From: Basidiobolus meristosporus CBS 931.73
Taxonomy: Eukaryota; Fungi; Basidiobolomycota
Direction: 5' to 3'
Assembly (NCBI GenBank): GCA_002104905.1
Contig: MCFE01000286.1
Location: forward strand, 39,056-103,055
DNA: 64,000 bases
In this document: positions 42,870-54,550 of the stretch, in pieces
Numbering within the stretch: the first letter of the stretch is position 1
Layout: every line of letters begins with the position of its first letter
The notes under the pieces: generated by a model
What the model was told of the DNA's origin: nothing
The model's database searches: none
Seen by the model: the letters and a program-made list of their open reading frames with translations, nothing else
Translations under genes and position numbers: made by a program

Positions 42870-44234
42870 ATGACATTGCCGGCAGAACTTGACATCTTGG
42901 GACAGCACCCTATGCTTAGAATGATGTACACCAATTTAAGCTATATCTTCGCCCTAGACGACAGTCCAAACCAGTCTGCCACAGACTCTGTCGTTCAGTC
43001 CCTTACAAATGGTCTACAGCGTTTGTCTGAGAGCTTTCCATGGATAGCGGGACAAGTCGGCAGCACAGGGGCCGACCAGGGTGGTTCCACAGCATTCAAA
43101 ATCATACCGTTCGAATCAATGCCTCCGCTTCAGACAGCGCACAGGCCAGATCTTTCGATTAAGACCTTCATTGAATCGAATTGGTCGATGCAGATGCTCG
43201 ATCCAGACGTGTTTGCGCCGCGCTTGAGCCCCCTCGGTCAAGCCCCTAAGCCGTCTGATCCGGCGCCAGTATTTCTCCTACGGGCGACATTCATCACCGG
43301 CGCCGTCGTACTAACGTTTGCGGCAAACCACAGCGCCATGGATATGACGGGACAGACTATGATGATACGGCTTCTGAGCAGAGCCTGCCATAGTATCCAA
43401 TTCACCGAAGAAGAGCTGCGTTTGGGGAATAGGGAAATAGGGTGCAAAATTGCCTTATTTGAAGACAGGGGGGATCAGGAGCTTAAGGCAGAGATAGCCA
43501 GTCAACTAAGCAGGAAGACAGCGGAGACAGAAATCCCCAAGGTGAATGATCCCCAAGAACCGGCCATACTTACTTGGGCATATTTCCAGGCAGATATGTC
43601 GTCGCTAGCCGCCATTAAAGCGAAAGCGACTGAATCGAACCCTAGTTCCAGTTTCGTATCCACAGACGATGCGCTCACCGCATTGATTTGGCAAGCAATC
43701 AGTCGTGCGCGTCGCTCTCGTCTCGGCGTATCCACAAGGCTGTTATTAGCGAGAGCAGTAGATGTGAGAAAGTCGATGGGCATTTCCGAAAGGTATCCGG
43801 GTATGATGCAGAACATGGCGTTTAACAACTTGACTATTGAAGAGGTTTTAGAGATGCCTCTTGGTGCCGTCGCAGCTCAATTACGAAATAAGCTGGACCC
43901 TAACAACCTTGGACATGCAATGCGGGTAATCATGACCCTGATGAGCCGTCACCCGCACGAGTCGCCTATTTTACCCTATCTCAAGCCATCTCACGATGTC
44001 ATGATCACCTCTTGGGCGAAGATGGACTGCTACAGTGACGACTTTGACTTAGGGCTAGGTAAGCCAGAGATTGTACTACGCCCGCGGTTGCCACCTGTTG
44101 GCGAGGGATGGGTCAATTTAATGCCTAAGTCAGAGAAGAGGGGTATTATATTTGGTGTTTGTTTGCGGGAGGCAGATATGATGCTTTTCAAGGCTGATGA
44201 GCAGCTTAGGGAGTGTGTTGATTGTATTGCCTAA
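42870..44234 (+). CDS. Trichothecene 3-O-acetyltransferase-like CoA-dependent acyltransferase (TRI101/AYT1 family); intronless
   Basis: N-terminal LDILGQ, FPWIAGQV, HxxxD motif (NHSAMD), FVSTDDALTA, SWAK, DFDLGLGKPE. Confidence 0.85.
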   Translation: MTLPAELDILGQHPMLRMMYTNLSYIFALDDSPNQSATDSVVQSLTNGLQRLSESFPWIAGQVGSTGADQGGSTAFKIIPFESMPPLQTAHRPDLSIKTFIESNWSMQMLDPDVFAPRLSPLGQAPKPSDPAPVFLLRATFITGAVVLTFAANHSAMDMTGQTMMIRLLSRACHSIQFTEEELRLGNREIGCKIALFEDRGDQELKAEIASQLSRKTAETEIPKVNDPQEPAILTWAYFQADMSSLAAIKAKATESNPSSSFVSTDDALTALIWQAISRARRSRLGVSTRLLLARAVDVRKSMGISERYPGMMQNMAFNNLTIEEVLEMPLGAVAAQLRNKLDPNNLGHAMRVIMTLMSRHPHESPILPYLKPSHDVMITSWAKMDCYSDDFDLGLGKPEIVLRPRLPPVGEGWVNLMPKSEKRGIIFGVCLREADMMLFKADEQLRECVDCIA

Positions 44235-44406
44235 ATTAGCCAGGTTGGTTGAATGCTAATATACTTGCCCCAAGTCTAGCACATACAAATAAAGAGCCAG
44301 CTTGTATTTATTTTCTACTCATATATCCGCTTAAATATATTGAACTGAGAATAGCAAATCAGGTAGGTTGCGCTGACTGAAAAGGAAGGTGCACTGATCT
44401 ACATAG

Positions 44407-44805
44407 TGTTGTAAGAGTTTTGGACAATAGGTAGGTTATATGGTTTTTGTTGCAATATTCCGAGGAGTATTGGAAGTGATGTGGAGAACTAGAGGATTAC
44501 ATGTTATTCACTTGTAGATTTGTTGATCAAAAGTATGGTATTGATACTTTTGATAAAGTGAGGCAAACAAACGTGTAGAGTTTGTTAAGAAAGGTCCCAA
44601 GAATATGTGTGCAAAGTTTGGGGTCTTTGGGGCAACTTTGAGAAAGTTCATAATCTGGATACCCAATAACTTGGTGAGAATATTCTAAGTAAATCCTGAC
44701 AAGAAATTTGGTCAGGACAGAATGCTCATCATAGAATAAGATCTATATGACTAAGTTAGCATGAATATTTAGGTGACAACTTGATAAATACAACAGTCTT
44801 CACTA
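44407..44805 (-). mobile_element. Family-2 solo LTR (44448-44795) inserted in a family-1 LTR stub
   Basis: TGTTGCAATATT...ATACAACA with near-TSD GTTTT/GTCTT inside the LTR1 motif GGTTTTCACT. Confidence 0.8.
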
Positions 44806-45397
44806 TAAGGCCACCAAGTTTGAGCAGAGTTACATAGAACTAGAGGGATAAACAAAGGAAGCAGTGACTTATCAACAATTGCTAATAAGTTAGACAAGTA
44901 TGGATTGATGGGATGTAAGAATAAAGTATGGTGGCTGAGGTAGCTTCTCTAAAAAGTGGAGAAATATATGCTATAGGCCAGTACTGAGTGTTAAGAGTCC
45001 TCAACATGCTGAGCAAACTGCTGTATTTGGTGGTCACCAAGTATTATTCTCTGACAGGACTGTGGGCTGGTGTAATGGTAGCACAGCCACTACTTAACAT
45101 GAGGACTTTGATTGAGCTGGAGCATGAGATAGAGTCTAATCCATGATAGTGAATTTAGGCCTAGGGTTAAGGGTCTAAGTTCTTTTATTGAATCTCATCA
45201 GGTATATTAATACCATTTCATCTTGATTAAAGTTGGATAGCACAAATTGTACAAATCAATTGTATCAATAACAAAGAGAAGGTGGATATAATGCTAAAAA
45301 CTAGTTGTGTTTGAAAAGGAACTTCATAACAAAAATCAGGCTGGAATGCCAGGCAGAATTGGTAGTTACTTAGATGCAAATCACTATGGGGAAATAT

Positions 45398-45729
45398 TGT
45401 TGTAAAGATTCGGAATTCCACCTGAATATTCACCTAACTTGGTCACTTAGATCATTACCTTCAAATCCTAGAGAATACTGACCAAACTCCTTGTTGGGAT
45501 TTACTTATAATATTTACCCAGAACATAAAAATTAGATAAGTTGTCCAAACAGCCCCAAACTTTGCACACATGTTCTTAGGACCTTCCTAAACCTATTTTA
45601 CATGCTTGTTATGCCAAGATCATGTAAAAGTATAAATACCACTTTTACATTCAATGAATCACTAAGTGAAAATCACAGAATCTACTTGTCCTCCCAATCC
45701 CTTCCAATATCTCCAAGACTCTCACAACA
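45398..45729 (+). mobile_element. Solo family-1 LTR
   Basis: TGTTGTAAAG...CTCACAACA; flanks do not match, so no TSD. Confidence 0.85.
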
Positions 45730-47119
45730 CCATTACACCCAAATACTTATATTAACTCAATCACTTAAGTCATAGTACATAAGCATTATTATTTTTGGAC
45801 CAGATTCATAGATGTGTTTTTACTTAGAATGCTTTTCATCCCAGTGTCTGGCCCTCAGGGAATAATATCACTTACCAATAACTCAGATAGCAAAGAATTA
45901 TGTATATGCTTGAAAGCTTTCATCAGCTGAGTATTTGCACTAGCTAATAGAGATAGATGGTCATAGTCAACTGCAATATAAACATACAGTTTAGTACAGC
46001 CAGACTCCATTGAAGAGGAGGGAATTGTCACAACACAAGTTTGCCAGTATCATAAAGATCTATGAGAAGCAAAATAGTGCATGTAATATATTGGTAGGTA
46101 TACACAATAGCCAAGAAATTATCAAAATTGCTTATGTAAAGAGCTGTGCCACACAGTCTGTTCCTCTGCCAACCAAGTTCTGGGAGAAAGCTTACCTAAA
46201 GAATGTTTGCTAGCTATTTTCCAAATAAATTTATGAGTCCAGGTAGCTACTGGTCGAGTGATAGAGTGCCAATGCTGCTCTACAGGTGAGTTCTATTCCA
46301 TTTGAGGTATGCCAGTTTACTATGCAAGTTTATTGATAATGGTAATATTGTTAGGCAGCGCTGGACAAATGGGGCATGGCTTGGTGAAGTATGAGGCTGT
46401 AGAGGTATTAGTAGCCACAGCGTTGTTTAACCTATTGAACATTAGTCGCATTGAAAAAAAGGTCAGCGTAGCATTTGGCATATTGATCATAAACCTTGAT
46501 CCAGTTCTGAACGCATTCTGTGAATATTCTATCATCTGGCACATCAGAAAGATCTTCATTCATGTGAACATGCAGATCTTTTTCTTCCATCAAGAGACAG
46601 TATTCTGCTGCGAATTTTAGGTGCACTCGAGTGCAATCAGTGGCTCGTAGTTCTCCAGCACATAAGAGATCGCCTTTACTACCTTCTGTGGTTCTTGGGA
46701 GCATCGAATTAGAATCTTACTTACAAGCGTGTTAGTCGCTGACTTGTCGCAACGCGGTGCCGTACACGCGGTGTTAAGGAGTGGTGAAAATTGGTCAGCA
46801 TTGCTTAGTTCATAGTTCTACCAACCTATGGAGGCGACTGGTGACCAGATTTGACTGAGCGGTAAACATGGCTCATTATCAGTTACAATAGAGAGTAATG
46901 ATTGCCTACGGGTGGCCGACAGCTGGCCGAGATCATTGTCTACAGGTGCGGCGTCGGCAACCAAAAGAGTAGAGGCAATCACAGCAGATACACGTGAGGA
47001 TTTCATTGTGACCCAAGAATCAAAGGCTTGGCAAGAAAATACGCGAATACGAGGGGGGGTTCGGTTTACCCCATAGCATCTATCCTTGTGTTTATTTCAA
47101 CTACATTCGATGTTTTCTC

Positions 47120-48568
47120 CTAGTGCAAGGGAATGCTTCGGGCAAATTGGAAAACATTTTTGGGATCGTATTTGTTCTTGATATGAACTAGTCTATCGAA
47201 GTTATCCCCATAGTAGATCTTCTTCCAGTCCTTTTCGTCGTTGTCAACGTAGTTTTGGTAGCCTTGGGGGAAGTCTGGATGAAGCGTATTATAAATTTCA
47301 TGAAGCCAAGGAAGACGTGTAGCATTGAAGACTCCGATTTGGATGCTAGAAATGGTATTGCGGTGGACAAAGGAGGTGGCATGGGTCGAGTGTCTGCCAA
47401 CTTGCCCTCCTTGCATATCAAACATGATGAAGGCCTGATTGTCAACCGATTTCATAATGTCATAGACTTTGTCGGCCACTTCTTTGGTCACCGGCTTCAC
47501 CAAATAACCTGATTTAGCCTTGAAATAGCTCTTGACTGATCTCCGTTGGGTTTTGGCCAAATCATCAACCGCCATATGGGGTCCGTTGGTAGCAAAATAT
47601 AGGAACGATTCGGGTAAAGTCATCTTTTGGTTAGTAATCAGCGAGGTCTTGGGGAGTTTCTCGATAATTTCTTGGAACAATTGTTTTTGCTTCGTTGGAT
47701 TGCCTGTTAAGATGGTTCCCGATACTCGAATTGCTCCGCCAGGTAAGATATGGAAAATTCCAGTAACTTCCCTGGGTGGGTTACTAGCAAACCATTCTTG
47801 AACCCCAATAAGCACGTCACTGAAGTTCCCTGCGCTAGTAGGATACGTGAGTGAGAAGACTGGGAACTTGTTAGGTGCGTGGAAATAACGGAATTGGAAC
47901 TTTGTCACAATGCCGTACGAGCTATGGCCTGCACCCAATAGAGCCCAGAACAAGTCTTTGTTCTTCTTTTTACTAGCAACAACAACATCCCCGGTAGCGG
48001 TAACCACCTCCATGGACTCTACTCTATCCAGCATTAGTCCATGAAGACGACTGTACAAACCATAGCCACCACCTAGGGTATGCCCACCAACTCCGATCTC
48101 TGGCTCGCTACCATGTGGGAGACCCACATTACGCTCTTTCCACAAGAAGTGCAAGAGCCTGCCTACCAATTGGCCAGCCTCAACCGAAACAGTACGATTG
48201 TTATCATCGAATTTGGTTTCGTGCATGTTGACCAAATCAACGACCATCTTGCCATCTTCACCTCCAAGTCCATAGCCCTCATAATCATGACCGCCGCTGC
48301 GAGCGACCACCTTCAGGTTGGTTTTGCTGGCACATCTCACTGCAAGCGCTACATCGTGAGTGCTTGTAGGGCGTACGATAACGGCTGGAGAAACCTCGGA
48401 GAGTCTGTCATTCCAGTTGAATCTTGCCTGGTCGTATCCGGTGTGTCCAGGAAGGAATACCTTATGGTGAATCTTATGCAAGCATCGGGCAATATCAGCG
48501 GAAAGTAGCGATGTGGCCAGACTGCCGGAAGTGGAGAGAAAAAGGAGCAAAGCGCTAGCTGCTTTCAT
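47120..48568 (-). CDS. Secreted BBE-like FAD-linked oxidoreductase (AA7-like); intronless
   Basis: Signal MKAASALLLFLSTSGSLA, RSGGHDYEG, IGVGGHTLGGG, YQNYVD, LVHIKNKYDPKNVF. Confidence 0.9.
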   Translation of the reverse strand: MKAASALLLFLSTSGSLATSLLSADIARCLHKIHHKVFLPGHTGYDQARFNWNDRLSEVSPAVIVRPTSTHDVALAVRCASKTNLKVVARSGGHDYEGYGLGGEDGKMVVDLVNMHETKFDDNNRTVSVEAGQLVGRLLHFLWKERNVGLPHGSEPEIGVGGHTLGGGYGLYSRLHGLMLDRVESMEVVTATGDVVVASKKKNKDLFWALLGAGHSSYGIVTKFQFRYFHAPNKFPVFSLTYPTSAGNFSDVLIGVQEWFASNPPREVTGIFHILPGGAIRVSGTILTGNPTKQKQLFQEIIEKLPKTSLITNQKMTLPESFLYFATNGPHMAVDDLAKTQRRSVKSYFKAKSGYLVKPVTKEVADKVYDIMKSVDNQAFIMFDMQGGQVGRHSTHATSFVHRNTISSIQIGVFNATRLPWLHEIYNTLHPDFPQGYQNYVDNDEKDWKKIYYGDNFDRLVHIKNKYDPKNVFQFARSIPLH

Positions 48569-49750
48569 GTTGAATTCAGAGTCAGATCGGCTTGATGACT
48601 TGTCTTCATACCAGCCGCTCAAGCCGCCGCTTTTATATGCAACATGGACTTGGAAGGGTATTAGGAAAGCTTTACCGATACTGTAGAGCAGTATCTTCCA
48701 CCCTCCCCCAAATCAAAGAGTATTACCATAAAAGGTATACAGAAGTACATAGTTACCAGGATCGCCATCACAAATCTCCGACTACCAAACATCTACTAGA
48801 GATCGCGCCAAATGGGGTGGTTGGCGTATGCCAAAATTTACCACTCTTTCCACACCATATCGCTCCGACAGTGACCATTCTCATACCTATAAAGTACTGT
48901 TGACCAGGCTGGGAGAAGCCGATTTCTATTTGTCGTGGGTAGAAAAAGATGTCATCTAGAACTGGGCAACTTCCGAATCAGCTCCTATACAGAAGAGAAC
49001 AGGTTCATATATTGGGCTCTAGCCTGGACCATTCTATTATTGCTAAGGAAGTTACGGGTCGCTTGGTTGAAAGTTCCGGTTGAATCGGGTGCAGTAAAAA
49101 CTTTGAAACTTTTCGCATTGCTCAAAGTGCGCTAAAGGTTGCGTGGTTATCTGTTGTTATCCCGACCAACATAAACTGCTTTTTACTGCTGACCTTGATA
49201 TTTATCATGTCAGATCGAGTTACCCTGCAGGAACATAGCATAACAAATATTTGTTATCCGTGAGTACCTTTTACAAATCTTAATGTGGGAGAGCATGCAA
49301 TGACTCTCAGGCGGCTATTTTCGGGGTTATGGACTGAGATTATTTGGCAGTGAATAGCACAAAACCAAACCCGGCAAAATGAAGCATGGTCGCTTTTACC
49401 ATATTTATCAGCGCAGTAAGATCAGGCGTATACCAAATTTATTATACGCGCTCAAGTAGCATACCTTGAAAATATGGCTACTTGTATTGCATTGGCAAAA
49501 TAGGCAGTTGAATTTGGGCTCTTCTTAGACGCCTTAAATCCCGACCTCTCCTTGTGATTAGTAGCTAGCGCTGACAAATATGTTATTATTCTGAGTTGCA
49601 GTGTCTAGTATAGCTACTGCCCATAAAAACATTGAAATCATGTATTATCCAAAGAAAAGACATGCTTTTCTGATTGCCAACTCTGATGTAGTGACCTGGT
49701 GTGTATTTTAACAGATAACCCAAACCTTCTTTCCAAAAACAACTCAACCT

Positions 49751-50095
49751 TGTCAGGGTTTTGGAGATATTGGAAGTGATTAGTACAATATGTGGATTTT
49801 GTGGTTTTCACTTGATGGTTTATTGAATGTAGAAGTAGTATTTATTCTTTTACATGGTATTGGCAGTGAAAACACATAGACTATGTTGAGGAAGGTCCCA
49901 ACACCATATGTGCAAAATCTGGGGTTGCTTGGACATCTTTGAGAAATATCATGTTGTGGGTACTCAATGTTTTGGCAAAAATATTCCAAGTAAATCCCAA
50001 CAAGGAATTTAGTCAGAACTCCCTAAGGCTTGTAGGTAAAGATATAAATGACTAAGTAAGGTAAATATATAGGTGTAATTACAAAATTTACAACA
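49751..50095 (-). mobile_element. Degenerate family-1 LTR
   Basis: TTGGAGATATTGGAAGTGA...TTTACAACA with many substitutions. Confidence 0.75.
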
Positions 50096-50700
50096 GATAA
50101 CAGAGTGTGTAGCTGAGGGGTGTTGGTAGATAAGTCAAGGAGAAGAAATGTCAACACTTGTGTACTCAATGTTGTAATTATAAAGTTGTCACAAAGATAT
50201 TCATGCTAGCTTAGTCACATAGATCTTATTCTGTAATTAGCATTCTGTCCTACCCAAATTTCTTGTTGGGATTTACTTAGAATATTCTCACTTATCTTCT
50301 CAAAGTGGTCCAAAAGACCCCACACTTTACACACATATTTTTGGGACCTTCTTTAGCAAACTATATATGCTATCCGTCTTACTTCATCAAAAGTATAAAT
50401 ACCATACTTTTGAGCAATTAATATACAGGTGTATATCAGGTAAATCCTCAAGTACTCCACATCACTTCCAATACTCCTCAGAATATTGCAACACTCAAGT
50501 CACTGCTCAGCAGTAAGGGGGATAGTAACCTCTATGAAAAATAACCATGACAATCCCATCAAAAGACTGTCACAAAACTTAAATCCTGCAACTAAGCAGT
50601 ATTGATGCCATTGTGATACCATGCAAAGAGCATTAAAAAGTTGCACCTCAGATTTCTCAAAAACTTGGTCAAGATCTTTCATCACAACAGTCCATAAGTT
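50096..50700 (-). mobile_element. Old relic of the LINE ORF2 C-terminus, split by a solo LTR
   Basis: GAGTGTGTAGCTGAGGGG and CTCAAGTCACTGCTCAG match the LINE 3' region at 58030-58110. Confidence 0.55.
50170..50493 (+). mobile_element. Solo family-2 LTR
   Basis: Perfect TSD CTCAA. Confidence 0.9.
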
Positions 50701-51599
50701 GCTGTTGTTTGGTTCTCTGCCAATTCTCTCACTTTCTGATCATGGGCACTCAATCACCTCCTACATTTGTGTACATTCATTGGCTATTGCCTCTTTTTCA
50801 CACTTCTTACTTCCTGACTCAACCAATGCTCTTACTTTTCATGCATACAAATTGGTTTATTTCTGTTATATCTTCCATTGTAACTCAATTACCAGCTGTA
50901 CTGACCCATGTAAGTCCCTATACCAATGTTAACATTAAGCCTAACCTTGCACTCTATGAGTAATTCCATTAAAATCCTCCATTCAATAAGTGTTTCTGCT
51001 GCCCAGCAACTATATGCGGGTGGCTGAACCAGAATCCGCAGAAGACAACCATCATCAAGTAGTGAGGTGGATCTCGTGGCAAACAGACACTTTAAATAAG
51101 ATTGTGTATGCACTAGTCGGGGAATGAGACAATGAATGATAAGTACCCTTAGTTTTTATTGGTAAATACATCTGTCACGCATTGAACTAGCCAACAAATA
51201 GAAAGTCTGCCAAATTCTCCCAATGCGTCTGCTTGTTAAATCTGCAACTGAAATTAGCGAGAAAGGCGCGGATCATGGTATGGGTGTATGCACCTGGCGT
51301 TGACCACCTTAAATGCCAGAAGCAATGCATTGATACCACCCGATGTACAAAGTCCACTATTTGGTTGATAAACTAAGGTAAGAGAAAGCTTCATGATTGA
51401 GTTGGAGCAAAGTAAGGTTAGCCTGACTACATTTAACTACTGCAATAGGTGCTAAAATACATTTTTACTGTTGCCGTCTTAACCCTTTAGACAATTGCTC
51501 TGCTTACAAGTAGCATAAGCAACTAATCAATTTATTGACTACTACGTGGCAAAAAAGCTCCACGCGCTTGGCTTTTTCTCTCATCAGTCTTGAAAGAAT

Positions 51600-52321
51600 T
51601 GATGTTACACATCAGCTGTGGATAGCAACTTGCTGACTTTTGTCTCAATTTAGTCTCCTAAATCCGGGATTTTGTGTGCATCTATTATGCAAAGGGTTAT
51701 TGAATGTAAACTCTGTTGCTGTTTTTTTCAAAATGATAGAAGCACGAAGTAAATATACTTCAGGGGCTTTAGCCTTCAAAGTACTTAGCTTGAATGCTAA
51801 CGGTATTCCAAGAATATTTGGCATATACCAATACTTCGCTCTTATTTTCGGTAATACGCGCTACTTCCGAAGCTTTGAGCTGTTGGAGTAATATTGCTTG
51901 GTCTACGGTATCCTTGATAAAGCCGTGACGAATGATTTCCCCTGCACAGACGGCACTAAATGTAGCAACGGTCTTAATGCGCAAGTCAGTCTGAGCACCA
52001 AAGGATACATAGCCACCGAAGGCGCTCAGGGTCCACGCCAACTGAGAGTGGCGCTTTTGATATCTCCTACACGCTGGTATAGGTCTTTGAGACCTCGGGC
52101 TCGCCTACGCTATCACTTTGATAGGCGGCATAAAAGGTGAGAGTAATAAACTCGTTTTCAGCTAGCTGCTTGGCGTAAATGATCGCGGTCTGCTCCTTCC
52201 GTCCTGTCATCGGGTATGAGATAACGATGCTTACGATTGGGAACTGACTTAGCTGATAGGTGGAGATCACTAACGATGGTAATACCGTTGCGGGGGAAGG
52301 TGACCTTTTGCGCTTGGCCAT
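51600..52321 (-). pseudogene. YcjY/COG1073-like alpha/beta hydrolase pseudogene, copy 1
   Basis: GRKEQTAIIYAKQLAENEFITLTFYAAYQSDSVGEP and GGYVSFGAQTDLRIKTVATFSAVC; frameshifts. Boundaries approximate. Confidence 0.7.
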
Positions 52322-52499
52322 GATAACTATAGATAGATTGCCTGTTACCCTTTTAAAATGTAGCATTTGTTCGAAAATTACCGATTACCAACCTTAATAA
52401 GATTGTTAGCATTACCGCAGTGATTTCCGTTCGATCATTGAAACTGATTCGATTTGCCTTCATTCTGATGGAGGTATAAGCCACGCTGTTGTATTGACT

Positions 52500-52860
52500 T
52501 CATCATCCGATGAACAGGATCCTAAAAAGAGCGCACTGCCCACTTACAGAGGCGAAGTGGCAGGGCTACAGCATTTTCGGTGGTCCTTGGCACCCAATTA
52601 CTCAGGTGAGGCGCCTCACCCTTTGCCTCTCGTGCTCTCTGTCTGACCGACTCTTGTAAGCTCTTTTGCAAGTCTTCGAATGAAAGACTGGCTTCTCTGC
52701 ACAACTCACTGACGTCTGCCGAGCTTATTGTGACACAGGTTGCGTACCCCCTGAAGCGCAAGTACCGAGCGCCGCAATTCTTTAGGGGTCAACTTCATCC
52801 AAGGTAGTCGGATAGGGCACGACACTCTTGAAGTTCTCCACTTTCTGGCTGGCTTTACAC
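52500..52860 (-). pseudogene. YcjY-like alpha/beta hydrolase fragment, copy 2
   Basis: VENFKSVVPYPTTLDEVDP*RIAALGTCASGG then ..SADVSELCRE..RQRAREAKGE. Confidence 0.65.
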
Positions 52861-54550
52861 CTATAGCTTTCGGTGCAAGTGCATATTGACAATGTGAAAG
52901 GATTTACTATGCATTATAGGGGATACATAAGCTCTAATTAAGTCAAATACAGCTTTTACATACAAATGAAATAATGCAACATAATGATGGTTCATGTGCG
53001 TGTAGCGACCATCAGAAACATGGATCTGGATTAATAAACATCCTGAAAGTTCACATATCATGTTATTTATCAACCTATATATAATTGCCAATTAGATTTT
53101 TCATATTCATACTATAACAAGCAAGCCCCATATAACATACTATATTCTGTGCACTGTACCATCTCTAATAAGAACACATATATACACTGCTTACCCTAAA
53201 TGATGATAAAGTGTATTGCACCATAAAGAGAGTATTTGAGTATCAAGGATAATTTTCAACAAACATCATTAATTTTATCCTTGAATCACAATAATGACAA
53301 TGCTTAGGGTAATGTCCTACCTTATGAAGCCATTCTGGATAGCAGGATGAAAGCTGAGATTAAAGAATTATGGCTAGTTTAAGAATCCTTTGGTCCAGTT
53401 GTATTCAGGACTTCCTGGTTAAACAAAGAAACAATAAGGATTGTTGCAGTGCTGAGATCCAGAATTATTGGCTGCAAAACTCTACAAGAAAGAGTTGATT
53501 GTCACATTCTACAGCTTTTACTAAGATAGAAACACTCAGATGATATATTACTATACACCTTTTCAAAGTATATTGAAATAGTACAGCTTATTTGAATAAT
53601 ATGGAATTTCTAGCAATACTGCTATGAAAATTTGGATTGACAATTTTAGCACTATTTTCAATGGTCTCCTCAAGTAATATCTCTACACAAAATTTAAATA
53701 TTACAATCCGTAGGTTATTGATTATTTATATAGCAAAGTTTGTTCAAGTTGGATCGAGAGAAGCACTATAAACATTGGAATCTAGTTTCCATTACCATTT
53801 TACAGTTACCATAATTTTTCAACTTGGATCAAGAGAAGCATTGGAATTTAACTTTGAATAAAACTATATACCATTTTGAAGATCCACTTGAGCTAAGAGA
53901 TCTATGCCTGCTTGTCAGCTAAACAGATATTATTGGTGTCAGAATGGATACATCAAATGCGAAATTCCGTGGTAAACTGGTAGGGTAACAGATAGTCAAG
54001 CTGCAATCTCACGCATATTACCTCACCACACCACAGTCCAGCATAGAAAGCCAATGCACCCGCTGCTTCAACACGTGGAGTGAATGATGAGACAGCAACT
54101 ATCCTGATCTTACCGAAGCTTGATTTCCTCACCTATGCATTGGAGAAGATGCGCATGCTAACCCACATGCATGGCATGAGCAACATTGTACCATCCGTGT
54201 ATGCGTGTGATTGGTTGTCTTCTACATTATAATGCATGATGAGCGAGCTATACACAGCGATTGACAAACAGCCAACTCATTATTCTTCTCTTTACAATAA
54301 AGATACTGGGACAAATCAAAAAGTGATGTAATATCATCGTTCAATTGCTATGTATCATATCGAGGCAATGCTCATGAGATCACACGTAGACTGTGGCAAA
54401 ATCAACGCTCTAGATACTCCTCATTTAGCTATATATAACACTCCATATCCTGGCTTTTCTGACGCAAATCCCACTCTTCTTAATACAGAATCAAGCAAAG
54501 CGTCCACACAGACTGATTGTAATTTAGATAGGTCCAACAACCACTCAGCA

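Noticed and set aside
53310-53420. EAILDSR..LV*..FGP, a chromodomain-like relic
   Set aside because: Too short and degenerate to support a Ty3/gypsy call.
54350-54550. N-terminal extension of the GNAT ORF
   Set aside because: Does not look like part of the domain; ATG 54551 preferred, though not proven.
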